Assembly: GCA_965112635.1 (NCBI GenBank)
Contig: OZ218778.1
Coordinates: 896,001 to 960,000, forward strand
Reading direction: 5' to 3'
Origin: an uncultured bacterium
GTDB taxonomy: Bacteria; Oederibacteriota; Oederibacteriia; Oederibacteriales; Oederibacteriaceae
DNA: 64,000 nucleotides
Each line of letters begins with the position of its first letter. Within the stretch, counting starts at the first letter, position 1. Below the pieces are notes generated by a model. The model had not been told where the DNA came from, searched no databases, and saw only the letters and a program-made list of their open reading frames with translations. Below are positions 16,598 to 25,528 of the stretch, piece after piece. Position numbers and translations under genes: made by a program.

Positions 16598-19264
16598 ATG
16601 AAACCTGTTTGTCTAAGATGTGAGTATAAAGAAAATCCCCTGGGCCTGGACACGGCGACACCGCGGATGACCTGGAAACTGGAAGCCAAAGGACGCCACC
16701 AGGTCCAAAAAGCCTACCAAGTGCTGGCCGCCAGCAGCGAAGGAGCGCTGGCTAAGGACCAGGCAGATCTGTGGGACAGCGGAAAAGTGATTTCTGACCA
16801 GTCCGTACTCGTAGCTTACGCGGGAAAACCATTAACTTCGGCTCAGCGGGTTTTTTGGAAGGTCCGTGTGTGGGATGGAGCTGACCGGGCCACAGCCTGG
16901 AGCCCGGCAGCATGGTGGGAAATGGGCCTTTTACACCAAAAAGATTGGACTGCCAAGTGGATAGGTTCTTTGGTGGTAGGCGGGCCTACCGCTCCGGTAG
17001 CCTGCCCGTTCCTGCGCAAGTCTTTTAAGCTGGACCGAAAAGTTACCAGCGCCCGGCTGTATGTCACGGCCCTGGGGCTGTACGAGTTTTACCTCAACGG
17101 TAAACGGGTGGGGGACGGTGAGTTCACGCCCGGATGGACGGATTACGCCAAAAGGGTGCAGTATCAGGTTTATGACGTGACCAAACTACTGGTGCAGGGC
17201 GCTAACGCTGGCGGAGCCATTCTCGGTGACGGCTGGTATTGCGGCCACACAGGATGGAAACAGCGGCAGAATTACGGCGACCGGCCCAAACTCCTGGCAC
17301 AGTTGGTAATCCGCTATAAGGACGGAACCAGCCAGACCATTGCGACCGATGGTACCTGGAAAACCAGCACCGGCCCCATCTTATCCTCTGACCTGCTGAT
17401 GGGTGAGAGCTATGACGCTAGATTGGAGCTGGGGGAGTGGAGCAAAGCAGGATACGATGATAAGGAATGGAGCAGCGTCAAGGTATTTCCCGAAATAGGG
17501 GCGAAACTGGCAGCCTCTCCCTCCCGGCCTGTGCGGCGGTTCGAGGAGATAAAGCCCATCAGTACCCCCAAAAACATGGGAGGCTGGCCCTCAGGTAAAT
17601 GGGTCTTTGATCTAGGGCAGAACATGGTGGGACATTTGCGCATCAAAATAAGCGCTCCGGCCGGTACCACCATCACCCTGCGCCACGCCGAAATGCTCAA
17701 GCCGGACGGCAATATCTATACCGATAACCTCCGGGGAGCCCTGCAGACCGATGTTTACACCTTTAAAGGCAAGGGCACAGAGGTCTGGGAACCGCGTTTT
17801 ACTTTCCACGGTTTCCGCTACGCGGAGCTGACCGGTTTAACGGGTGAGGCTCAGGCCGATATGCTGACCGGAGTGGTCCTGCACACGGATATACCGCCAG
17901 CTGGGACTTTCGAGTGTTCCGACCCTCTTATCAACCAGCTCCAGCACAACATCCTCTGGGGACAAAAAGGGAATTTCCTGGAAGTACCCACGGACTGCCC
18001 CCAGCGCAACGAGCGCCTGGGCTGGACCGGCGACGCCCAGGTTTTCTCGTCCACAGCCGCGTTCAACCGGGAAGTGGCTCCCTTTTTTGCCAAGTGGCTC
18101 AGGGATATGGACGATGCCCAGACCAGCAAGGGTGCCTATCCCATGTACAGCCCCAACATTGGAGGGGTTGATAGCCAAGACGGCGGCCCGGTGTGGGCTG
18201 ACGCGTCTGTCATCTGCGCGTGGAATATGTATTTGTATTACGGCGACAAGGGCATCCTAGCAGAGCATTATCCGGCTTTAGAGCGGTTCATGGGTTATCT
18301 GGCCAAAACCAGCGCCGACAAGATCCGATGCAAGCCCGGCTGGGGAGGTTTTGAAGGTTTTGGGGACTGGCTTTCCATCAACGCGGAGACTTCCAAGGAC
18401 CTCATTGGTACGGCTTTTTACGCCTACAGCGCTGGGCTCATGGCGGGGATAGCGGCCGCATTGGGTAAAAAAGAAGATGCCAAAAAGTATAAGACCCTGG
18501 CCGACGAAGTGCGCAAGGTTTTTATCCACAGGTTCGTGACCCCGGCTGGTCTGGTGGCCGGGCAGACGCAGACCGCCTATGTGCTGGCCCTGAAATTTGA
18601 CCTGCTGCCAGAGGCTCTGCGGCCAGTGGCTGTGGCCGAGTTGGTGCGAGATATTGAGGGAAGGGGCAACCATCTTTCCACCGGGTTTGTGGGAGCGTCC
18701 CATCTGCCGCATGTGCTTTCGCGTTTTGGCCGGATGGATACTGCCTACACCCTGCTTTTCCAAAAAACCTGGCCGTCGTGGCTCTATCCCGTGACCCAGG
18801 GCGCCACCACCATCTGGGAACGGTGGGACGGCTGGACCCATGACAAGGGGTTCCAGGATGCCGGGATGAACTCTTTTAACCACTACGCCTACGGCGCTAT
18901 CGGGTCGTGGCTGTACCAGGTGGTGGCCGGCCTGCAGGCTGACCCAGAAAAACCCGGCTACAAGCACTTTATCCTGCATCCGCACCCGGGGCCTGGTATT
19001 ACCTCGGCCAAGGCTGTGCATGAGTCGGTCTACGGCAGGATAGTGACCGATTGGAAGATTAAAGGCAAGGAGCTGGCCTGGAACGTGGAAGTGCCGGTCA
19101 ACACCACGGCTACGGTCATTATCCCGGCCAAGAACGGGAAGGTCCGGGAAGGCGGCCAGCCGATCCGCCAATCCAGGGATATCAAGGTGGTCAAGGCCGA
19201 TAAGAAGTCGGTCGCCCTGTCCCTCGGCTCCGGCAAGTATGCTTTTATGTCTAATTATTTTTAG
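16598..19264 (+). CDS. Alpha-L-rhamnosidase (GH78)
   Basis: LRCEY..NPLG, YVTALGLYE, DLGQNMVG, FTFHGFRY, PTDCPQRNERLGWTGD, GATTIWERW and MNSFNHY motifs. ATG at 16598 follows GAAAGGA. Confidence 0.95.
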   Translation: MKPVCLRCEYKENPLGLDTATPRMTWKLEAKGRHQVQKAYQVLAASSEGALAKDQADLWDSGKVISDQSVLVAYAGKPLTSAQRVFWKVRVWDGADRATAWSPAAWWEMGLLHQKDWTAKWIGSLVVGGPTAPVACPFLRKSFKLDRKVTSARLYVTALGLYEFYLNGKRVGDGEFTPGWTDYAKRVQYQVYDVTKLLVQGANAGGAILGDGWYCGHTGWKQRQNYGDRPKLLAQLVIRYKDGTSQTIATDGTWKTSTGPILSSDLLMGESYDARLELGEWSKAGYDDKEWSSVKVFPEIGAKLAASPSRPVRRFEEIKPISTPKNMGGWPSGKWVFDLGQNMVGHLRIKISAPAGTTITLRHAEMLKPDGNIYTDNLRGALQTDVYTFKGKGTEVWEPRFTFHGFRYAELTGLTGEAQADMLTGVVLHTDIPPAGTFECSDPLINQLQHNILWGQKGNFLEVPTDCPQRNERLGWTGDAQVFSSTAAFNREVAPFFAKWLRDMDDAQTSKGAYPMYSPNIGGVDSQDGGPVWADASVICAWNMYLYYGDKGILAEHYPALERFMGYLAKTSADKIRCKPGWGGFEGFGDWLSINAETSKDLIGTAFYAYSAGLMAGIAAALGKKEDAKKYKTLADEVRKVFIHRFVTPAGLVAGQTQTAYVLALKFDLLPEALRPVAVAELVRDIEGRGNHLSTGFVGASHLPHVLSRFGRMDTAYTLLFQKTWPSWLYPVTQGATTIWERWDGWTHDKGFQDAGMNSFNHYAYGAIGSWLYQVVAGLQADPEKPGYKHFILHPHPGPGITSAKAVHESVYGRIVTDWKIKGKELAWNVEVPVNTTATVIIPAKNGKVREGGQPIRQSRDIKVVKADKKSVALSLGSGKYAFMSNYF

Positions 19265-19279
19265 AGGGGCAGCAAGACC

Positions 19280-19987
19280 ATGAAGGATCAGTTTACCGAA
19301 CATACTGGTTTATGTTATGAAGCCATGGCTGGCAAATATTCAAAATCAGTCGATACAAAACCATGGAATGCCTTCTACGAACGACCAGGGATGCTTTCTT
19401 TGTTGCCGCCTCTGGCAGGTACTCATGTGCTTGATGCTGGATGCGGATCTGGATGGTATGCTCAATACCTTCTCGATCAAGGCGCCACGGTAACGGCATT
19501 TGATCTGATCCAGAAATTTGTGGATATGACAAAGTCCCGGGTCAATAATCGCGCCAAGGTGCTACAGGCAGATCTGAGCAGACCTCTGGGGTTTGCAGCA
19601 AATGCTGAATTTGATTTAATTGTCTGTCCCTTAGTCATGCACTATTTGAAAGACTGGAATCCTCCCCTAAAAGAATTCTATCGTGTTCTCAAGCCATCCG
19701 GATCGCTTGTTTTTTCAACTCACCATCCTTTCAATGACTGGAAACTATTCAACAGAGAAGATTATTTTGCTGTGGAACTTTTGGAGGATGAATGGGATGA
19801 GGGGAAAGTTACTTTTTATCGACGGCCACTTACAGGGATCAGCCAGTCCCTGCGTGATGCTGGATTTTGGATTGACCGTATCTTAGAGCCCCAACCCACT
19901 GAAGATTTCCGCCGTGCAGATCCGAAAGGATATGAACGCTTGACCAAGAATCCATGGTTCCTTTTTATTCGTGCCTGCAAGAAATAA
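19280..19987 (+). CDS. Class I SAM-dependent methyltransferase
   Basis: VLDAGCGSG motif I, RVLKPSG.LVFS..HP. Confidence 0.9.
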   Translation: MKDQFTEHTGLCYEAMAGKYSKSVDTKPWNAFYERPGMLSLLPPLAGTHVLDAGCGSGWYAQYLLDQGATVTAFDLIQKFVDMTKSRVNNRAKVLQADLSRPLGFAANAEFDLIVCPLVMHYLKDWNPPLKEFYRVLKPSGSLVFSTHHPFNDWKLFNREDYFAVELLEDEWDEGKVTFYRRPLTGISQSLRDAGFWIDRILEPQPTEDFRRADPKGYERLTKNPWFLFIRACKK

Positions 19988-20034
19988 ATAAGAAGAATAG
20001 GCTAGAAACAACACAAAATCAGAAGGAGCCGTTG

Positions 20035-21963
20035 ATGAGCCAGCGATCCAAGCCTGAGGTTAAACCCCGATGCTTCGACTTGTCGGCCTTAGCGTGGACC
20101 CTGCGGGGGTGGCGGGCGAATTCCTGGAATTTCGGTCCGCCGGTGCCTGAAGTAGGTCCTCTGCCGGTTCGCGTGCCCGGATCCGTACAGCAGGCACTGC
20201 GAGAGGCAGGCCTGCTCCCGGACTGGAACGTGGGGCTAAACTCCCGCCTCTGCGAGTGGGTGGAAAACCGCCATTGGAGTTTCGAAACAACGATCCCAAA
20301 GGCATGGGCGGATCTACCGGGGCGCAAGCAGCTTTGTTGCGCCGGACTGGACTACAAGGGTGTTGTACGGATCAACGGAGCTGAAGTTGGACATTTTGAT
20401 AACGCTTTTGTCCCATGGCAATTCGACCTCTCCCCGCAGTTGAAGGCCGGGGATAACCGCCTCGAAATCATCTTTACTGACAATCCGCGTGACCTGGGAC
20501 AGATTGGGTATGCGTCTGCGATCCGCGACTGGAAGCCGCGTTTCAACTACGGATGGGACTGGGTTCCGCGTCTGGTACAGGTCGGCATCTGGGATTCCAT
20601 CTTCCTGAATGTGACGGACGGGCCCCAGATCGTAGGTGCGCGATGCTGGACGGAGGGACACGCTCTGAATGTGACGGCATCCGGCGGACGCATGCGTCTT
20701 GTGTTATCCGATGGGGTAAATGTGCTGCGTGAAGGCGAATTTGAAGGCGCAGTGACCTGGGACAACCTGCCTGTCCGGTCATGGTGGCCCAACGGTCAGG
20801 GTGATCAGCCTCTGTACACGGTTACATTGAGGACGGCGGGGTCTGGATCCAGCGAACGGCCTGAAGTGCATACCTGGCGGGTTGGTTTCAAGTCCGTGGC
20901 GTGGCAACCCTGCACCGGCGCGCCTGCCGGGGCCGAACCATGGCTCTGTGTCATCAATGGCAAGCCTGTCTTCCTGCAGGGAGTGAACTGGACGCCGATC
21001 CGGCCGTTCTTTGCGGACGTGACCGAAACGGAAATCCGTGAACGGCTCGAGCAGTACCGGCAGATGGGCGTCAACCTTGTGCGTGTCTGGGGCGGCGCGG
21101 TGCTGGAGACAGAACGCTTCTACTCGCTCTGCGACGAATTCGGCATCATGGTCTGGCAGGAGTTCCCGTTGAGTTCGTCGGGGATTGACAACTGGCCGCC
21201 GGAAGAACCTTTAGTGATCGACGGCATGCGTGCGATCGTGGCCAGTTATATCGCGCGCCGCCAGCATCATGCCTCTCTTCTGCTCTGGTGCGGGGGCAAC
21301 GAGTTACAGGGCGCGCTCGATGGCGGCAAGACCGGCCTCGGCAAGCCCGTGGACGTTTCTCATCCGATGATGGCCGCAATGGCAGAGATCGTCCGACGGA
21401 TGGATCCCGGGCGGCGTTTCCTGCCAACCTCGTCTTCTGGACCCAGGTTCGGGGCCGATCCCGCCGATTACGGCAAAGGGGTCCACCACGACGTGCATGG
21501 CCCCTGGAATCATGAAGGGACTTTGGACAAGTGGCGTGTTTACTGGGACGGCGACGATGCGCTGTTCCGTTCCGAAACAGGCATGCCCGGCGCGAGTTCC
21601 GCGGCTATGATCCGCACCCTGTGCGGCGACATTTCCCCGGTCCCGTGCGATTTGAGCAATCCGGTGTGGAATCACGCGTCTCCCTGGTGGATCCAGTGGG
21701 CCGATTACCTTAAACAGGGGGGCGATGCGGCCAGTCTGGACCGGTTCGTGGCCTGGAGCCAGGCACGTCAGGCCGAGGGGCTGGCTTATGCGGCAGCCGT
21801 GACCAAGCGGCGTTTCCCGGCTTGCGGCGGCTTTTTGGTCTGGATGGGGCACGACTGTTTTCCTTGTCCGGTCAACACGGCAGTTGTTGATTTTAACGGC
21901 AAACTAAAGCCGGCCGGCGAGGCGCTGGCAAAGGTGTTTCAAACAAGGCCTGATCCCATTTAA
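20035..21963 (+). CDS. Glycoside hydrolase family 2 (beta-mannosidase-like)
   Basis: FNYGWDWVP, GVNW.P, RVWGG, MVWQEF and WCGGNE motifs. ATG at 20035 after AAGGAG. Confidence 0.9.
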   Translation: MSQRSKPEVKPRCFDLSALAWTLRGWRANSWNFGPPVPEVGPLPVRVPGSVQQALREAGLLPDWNVGLNSRLCEWVENRHWSFETTIPKAWADLPGRKQLCCAGLDYKGVVRINGAEVGHFDNAFVPWQFDLSPQLKAGDNRLEIIFTDNPRDLGQIGYASAIRDWKPRFNYGWDWVPRLVQVGIWDSIFLNVTDGPQIVGARCWTEGHALNVTASGGRMRLVLSDGVNVLREGEFEGAVTWDNLPVRSWWPNGQGDQPLYTVTLRTAGSGSSERPEVHTWRVGFKSVAWQPCTGAPAGAEPWLCVINGKPVFLQGVNWTPIRPFFADVTETEIRERLEQYRQMGVNLVRVWGGAVLETERFYSLCDEFGIMVWQEFPLSSSGIDNWPPEEPLVIDGMRAIVASYIARRQHHASLLLWCGGNELQGALDGGKTGLGKPVDVSHPMMAAMAEIVRRMDPGRRFLPTSSSGPRFGADPADYGKGVHHDVHGPWNHEGTLDKWRVYWDGDDALFRSETGMPGASSAAMIRTLCGDISPVPCDLSNPVWNHASPWWIQWADYLKQGGDAASLDRFVAWSQARQAEGLAYAAAVTKRRFPACGGFLVWMGHDCFPCPVNTAVVDFNGKLKPAGEALAKVFQTRPDPI

Positions 21964-21965
21964 AT
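21933..21965 (+). repeat. 33-bp direct repeat, copy 1
   Basis: GGTGTTTCAAACAAGGCCTGATCCCATTTAAAT; 32/33 identical to 23412-23444. Confidence 0.95.
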
Positions 21966-22003
21966 GATAAAATTCTAACCGCTACAAAAAAGGAGGCCCA
22001 CTC

Positions 22004-23410
22004 ATGAAGATCGCAATCATCGGCGCAGGTTCGATGGTGTTTTCGAAGAACGTCATCTCGGATATTCTGTTCTTCGACGAGCTTAAGAACGTCCGCTTCA
22101 GTCTGATGGACACGGACCCTGAGCGCCTAGCCGTGGCCGAGGCCCTGGCGCGCTCGATCAATGCCACGCGCGGGGCCCGGGCCGGGATCAAGGCCACCAC
22201 GAACCGCAAGGCCGCCCTCGAGGGCGCGGACGTGGTTGTCAACACGATCGGGGTCGGCGGCTTCGAAGCCACGAAAAAGGATCTGGAGATCCCCATGCGT
22301 CACGGCCTACGGCAAACTATCGGGGACACCCTCGGGATCGGCGGCATCTTCCGCACGCTTCGTTCCCTTCCGGTGGTCCTCGGCCTTTGCCGTGACATGG
22401 AGGAGGTCTGCCCGCAGGCCCTGCTCCTGAACTACGTGAACCCGATGGCCACGCACTGCATGGGCATCGCCCGCGCCACTAAGATCCGCGCCGTCGGCCT
22501 CTGCCATGGCGTCCGCTACACCCGCGGCCGGGTCATCATGCTCGCGCGCATGGCCGGCATGAGCGCGAAGGAGCGCTCCGCGATCATGCAGGGCTGGGAT
22601 CCGACCGAGACCGGCGTGCCCCAGCTCGGCGACTTTTACCACGAGTGCGTCATGGACGAGAAGGTCGAGACGCTTTGCGCCGGCATCAATCACATGGCGG
22701 CCTTCCTGACGCTGCGCGAAAACGGGAAGGACCTGTACCCGCTCGTCCGGAAGGCGGCGGGCATCAAGCCCCTGTGGGACCTCGAGCCGGTGCGGCTCGA
22801 CCTCTTCCTGCGGCTCGGCTACTTCTTCACCGAGACGAGCGGCCACATCGCCGAGTATCTCCCCTGGTACATGAAGAGCGACTCGGAGATCAAGCGGTGC
22901 TCGCCGATGCTGAGGCCGCTCATTTACCTCAAGACCTGCAACGACCTCGCCGCGGTCTTCAAGGAATACAAGCGCAAGGCGAAGAACCAGGAGCCCTTCA
23001 TCGGCCCGCGGGAGCCGGTCAGCGCCGAGTACGCCTCGCGGATCATCCTGGCCAAGGCCACGAACCGGCCGTACCTTTTCAACGGCAATGTGCCGAACCA
23101 CGGCGGGGCGCTCATCGCGAACCTGCCCGGCGATGCCTGCGTCGAGGTGCCGTGCGCGGTGGACGGGACCGGCGTGCATCCCACCCGGATCGGCGACCTG
23201 CCGCCGCAGCTCGCGGCCCTGATGCGCACCAACGTGAACGTCCAGGACCTCACGGTCCGCGCCATCCTCGAGGAGAAGCGGGAGCACCTCTACCACGCGG
23301 CCATGCTCGACCCGAACACGTCCGCCTCGCTCACGCTGCCGCAGATTTGGAAGCTGATGGATGAGATGATCCGCGCCCATGGCAGTATCCTGCCGCGCTT
23401 CGCGAGGTGA
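22004..23410 (+). CDS. NAD+-dependent glycoside hydrolase family 4 (alpha-galactosidase/MelA-like)
   Basis: KIAIIGAGS, QTIGDTLGIGG, NYVNPM, GLCHG, AGINH and HAAMLDP.T motifs. Very GC-rich third codon positions. Confidence 0.92.
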   Translation: MKIAIIGAGSMVFSKNVISDILFFDELKNVRFSLMDTDPERLAVAEALARSINATRGARAGIKATTNRKAALEGADVVVNTIGVGGFEATKKDLEIPMRHGLRQTIGDTLGIGGIFRTLRSLPVVLGLCRDMEEVCPQALLLNYVNPMATHCMGIARATKIRAVGLCHGVRYTRGRVIMLARMAGMSAKERSAIMQGWDPTETGVPQLGDFYHECVMDEKVETLCAGINHMAAFLTLRENGKDLYPLVRKAAGIKPLWDLEPVRLDLFLRLGYFFTETSGHIAEYLPWYMKSDSEIKRCSPMLRPLIYLKTCNDLAAVFKEYKRKAKNQEPFIGPREPVSAEYASRIILAKATNRPYLFNGNVPNHGGALIANLPGDACVEVPCAVDGTGVHPTRIGDLPPQLAALMRTNVNVQDLTVRAILEEKREHLYHAAMLDPNTSASLTLPQIWKLMDEMIRAHGSILPRFAR

Positions 23411-23411
23411 G

Positions 23412-23444
23412 GGTGTTTCAAACAAAGCCTGATCCCATTTAAAT
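23412..23444 (+). repeat. 33-bp direct repeat, copy 2
   Basis: GGTGTTTCAAACAAAGCCTGATCCCATTTAAAT, immediately after the GH4 stop codon. Confidence 0.95.
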
Positions 23445-23559
23445 ATGGATGCCATAAAAAACTATATTTTAGAGCATAAATAGTGTTTATTAAACAAAAC
23501 AAAACTGTATAAAAATATATATACTATTTCATGCACAAAATATGGGGAATATTAACTTG

Positions 23560-24091
23560 CTTAATTCCGCCCAGCTTGCTGGGCGGTTACCACATGAGGT
23601 ATTGTAAGTGAATGAGAGCGGTTAAAAAGACTGAAAACAGTGCCTATCAAATACATTATCATTTTGTATGTCCAGTAAAGTACAGGAGAGCGATTTTTGG
23701 TCATCAGGACCGCTCTCATTCACTTATTGAGATATGTAGAGAAATCGAAGAGCGGTACGAGATTGAGTTTGAGCAGGTAGGAATAGACCGCAACCATGTG
23801 CACTATTTATTGAGCGCTGCTCCAAAATATTCTCCATCACAAATCATACAAATGGTGAAGAGTATAACGGCAAGGGAGTTACTAAAGCGGTACAAGGAGC
23901 TAGAGGTGGAGCTATGGGGAGGTGCGGTCTGGACAGAGGGATTCTTTGTTGCGACCGTTGGAGAGGGTGGAAACAAAGATATAATTAAACAGTATGTAGC
24001 AAAACAAGGGCAGCACGAAGGTTTAAAACAGTTAAAGCTCTTCGATTTCTAAACCAATAGATACCGCCCAGCTTGCTGGGCGGAGAATCAT
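23560..24091 (+). mobile_element. IS200-type insertion sequence (TnpA only, no TnpB); exact ends approximate
   Basis: Identical 20-nt hairpins CCGCCCAGC-TT-GCTGGGCGG at 23567-23586 and 24064-24083 flank a Y1 transposase. Confidence 0.88.
23612..24052 (+). CDS. tnpA: IS200/IS605-family Y1 HUH transposase
   Basis: YHFVCPVKYRR, HVH (HUH motif), KSITAR, W..GFFVATVG and catalytic YV..Q. Confidence 0.95.
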   Translation: MRAVKKTENSAYQIHYHFVCPVKYRRAIFGHQDRSHSLIEICREIEERYEIEFEQVGIDRNHVHYLLSAAPKYSPSQIIQMVKSITARELLKRYKELEVELWGGAVWTEGFFVATVGEGGNKDIIKQYVAKQGQHEGLKQLKLFDF

Positions 24092-24196
24092 TATTTTGGA
24101 TGAGGTGTTTGGACGGGTTGGCGAATAGTTGGCGATTAGGTGGAGATTAACGCATAAATGTAAATAAAAAGTTAATTAGGCCATGTTTAAGGCAAA

Positions 24197-24237
24197 ATTA
24201 ACGATATATTGACAAAAAACCGTTAATGGAGTATGTT
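24197..24237 (+). promoter_or_regulatory. Sigma70-type promoter with overlapping inverted repeat, upstream of the Fic gene
   Basis: TTGACA (24209-24214), 17 nt, TATGTT (24232-24237). Inverted repeat ATTAACG (24197-24203) / CGTTAAT (24221-24227). Confidence 0.6.
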
Positions 24238-24243
24238 TCTTAT

Positions 24244-25125
24244 ATGGCAACACCAAATCCTGTAAAAACCAGCATTAAAGCTCTTAAAATCGAATACGAC
24301 CGGCTTCGTAAGGGTAAGGAATCCCTTCTCAAAATTATAGACGAATCCGAGATTTCAGAGAGCGTTTTTAACTCCAACGCCATTGAGAATTCAACGCTTA
24401 CCCTCAAGGAAACAGAGCGCATTCTGATGGAGCTGGAAGTTTCCCGCAATGTTTCGGTGCGGGAGGTTTTTGAGGCAAAGAATCTCGCGCGGGTGATGGA
24501 ATATACCAGGGGCAAAGCCATGGAATCCGAGCTTTCCCTGGATATGATCCTGCTTCTGCATAAAATGCTGATCAGCAATATCAATGATGCTTACGCGGGG
24601 CGTTTTCGCGTCGCGGGCGAATATGTCCGGGTGGGGACGCATATAGCCCCGGCCCCTGAGCATGTCGAAAGCATGATGGAGGCGGTCCTGCTGGAATTTG
24701 CCGCGGACAACGAGAATTATTTCTCCGACAAGATCGCGAAATTCCACCTTGATTTTGAGACCATCCATCCTTTTTGCGACGGTAACGGCAGAATGGGGCG
24801 CGTGATCATCAATTTCCAGCTTATGCGGGCTGGTTTTCCCTGCATTATCATCCGGGATAAGGAGAAGGGGGTCTATTACACCTCGTTCACGGAATACGGC
24901 GGCTCGAAAAAAACGAAGACAATGGAAAAAGTCGTGACGCTGGCCCTGATGGAATCGCTCCATAAAAGAGTCGCCTATCTCTGTGGCGAGAACATCACCC
25001 TGCTGGCGGATTTCGCCAAGTCCCATCAGAAATCTATCAACGTCCTGCTTAATGCCGCCCGCAGGCAGACGATCCCGGCTTTCCGTGAAAAGGGCGTTTG
25101 GAAGATCGGTGATCACAAACCATGA
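24244..25125 (+). CDS. Fic-domain protein (probable AMP transferase, N-terminal autoinhibitory motif, C-terminal putative HTH)
   Basis: HPFCDGNGRMGR Fic motif and SNAIEN inhibitory motif. The start could instead be 24226. Confidence 0.92.
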   Translation: MATPNPVKTSIKALKIEYDRLRKGKESLLKIIDESEISESVFNSNAIENSTLTLKETERILMELEVSRNVSVREVFEAKNLARVMEYTRGKAMESELSLDMILLLHKMLISNINDAYAGRFRVAGEYVRVGTHIAPAPEHVESMMEAVLLEFAADNENYFSDKIAKFHLDFETIHPFCDGNGRMGRVIINFQLMRAGFPCIIIRDKEKGVYYTSFTEYGGSKKTKTMEKVVTLALMESLHKRVAYLCGENITLLADFAKSHQKSINVLLNAARRQTIPAFREKGVWKIGDHKP

Positions 25126-25206
25126 ACGAATTTAAAAATGTTTGGGGTTTTAGGAGTTAAAATGTAAGAAATACGACACTTTTTTATAGTTATTATTTTT
25201 GGAATA

Positions 25207-25452
25207 GTGATGTTAGATAATATTGGATTCTTTGGAAGACCCGATAACATTGTGCACCTACTAGGGTTGCCTTTTGGCTGGTTTTTGATTTACGTTTTTG
25301 TAACTCAACATATAAGACGGTTTCATGATCTTGATAAACCAGGACATTACATCTGGTCGATTCTTGTGCCCATTGTATATTTATATTTTTTAATTTTTCT
25401 ACTCTTTAAAAAAGGTACTTTAGGAGCAAATAGATATGGAGATAAAGAGTGA
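25207..25452 (+). CDS. DUF805-family membrane protein, apparently N-terminally truncated
   Basis: IRRFHDLDKPG and KKGTLGANRYG motifs. In-frame TAG at 25186 upstream. Low GC. Confidence 0.7.
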   Translation: MMLDNIGFFGRPDNIVHLLGLPFGWFLIYVFVTQHIRRFHDLDKPGHYIWSILVPIVYLYFLIFLLFKKGTLGANRYGDKE

Positions 25453-25528
25453 GCGGAAGTACTAGACATTCAACTAAATGTGAATTGGGTTCAAACATTA
25501 GATAAAGGAAAGTTTTATTTTTTGTTTA

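Noticed and set aside
21936-23444. CRISPR array: the 30-nt core GTTTCAAAC...ATTTAAAT has CRISPR-like ends and an AT-rich flank
   Set aside because: Only two copies, about 1.45 kb apart, with no spacer-sized intervals and no cas genes in the window.
24052-24243. TnpB/omega-RNA associated with the IS200/IS605 transposase
   Set aside because: The right-end hairpin follows tnpA within 12 nt, and no RuvC-type ORF is adjacent.
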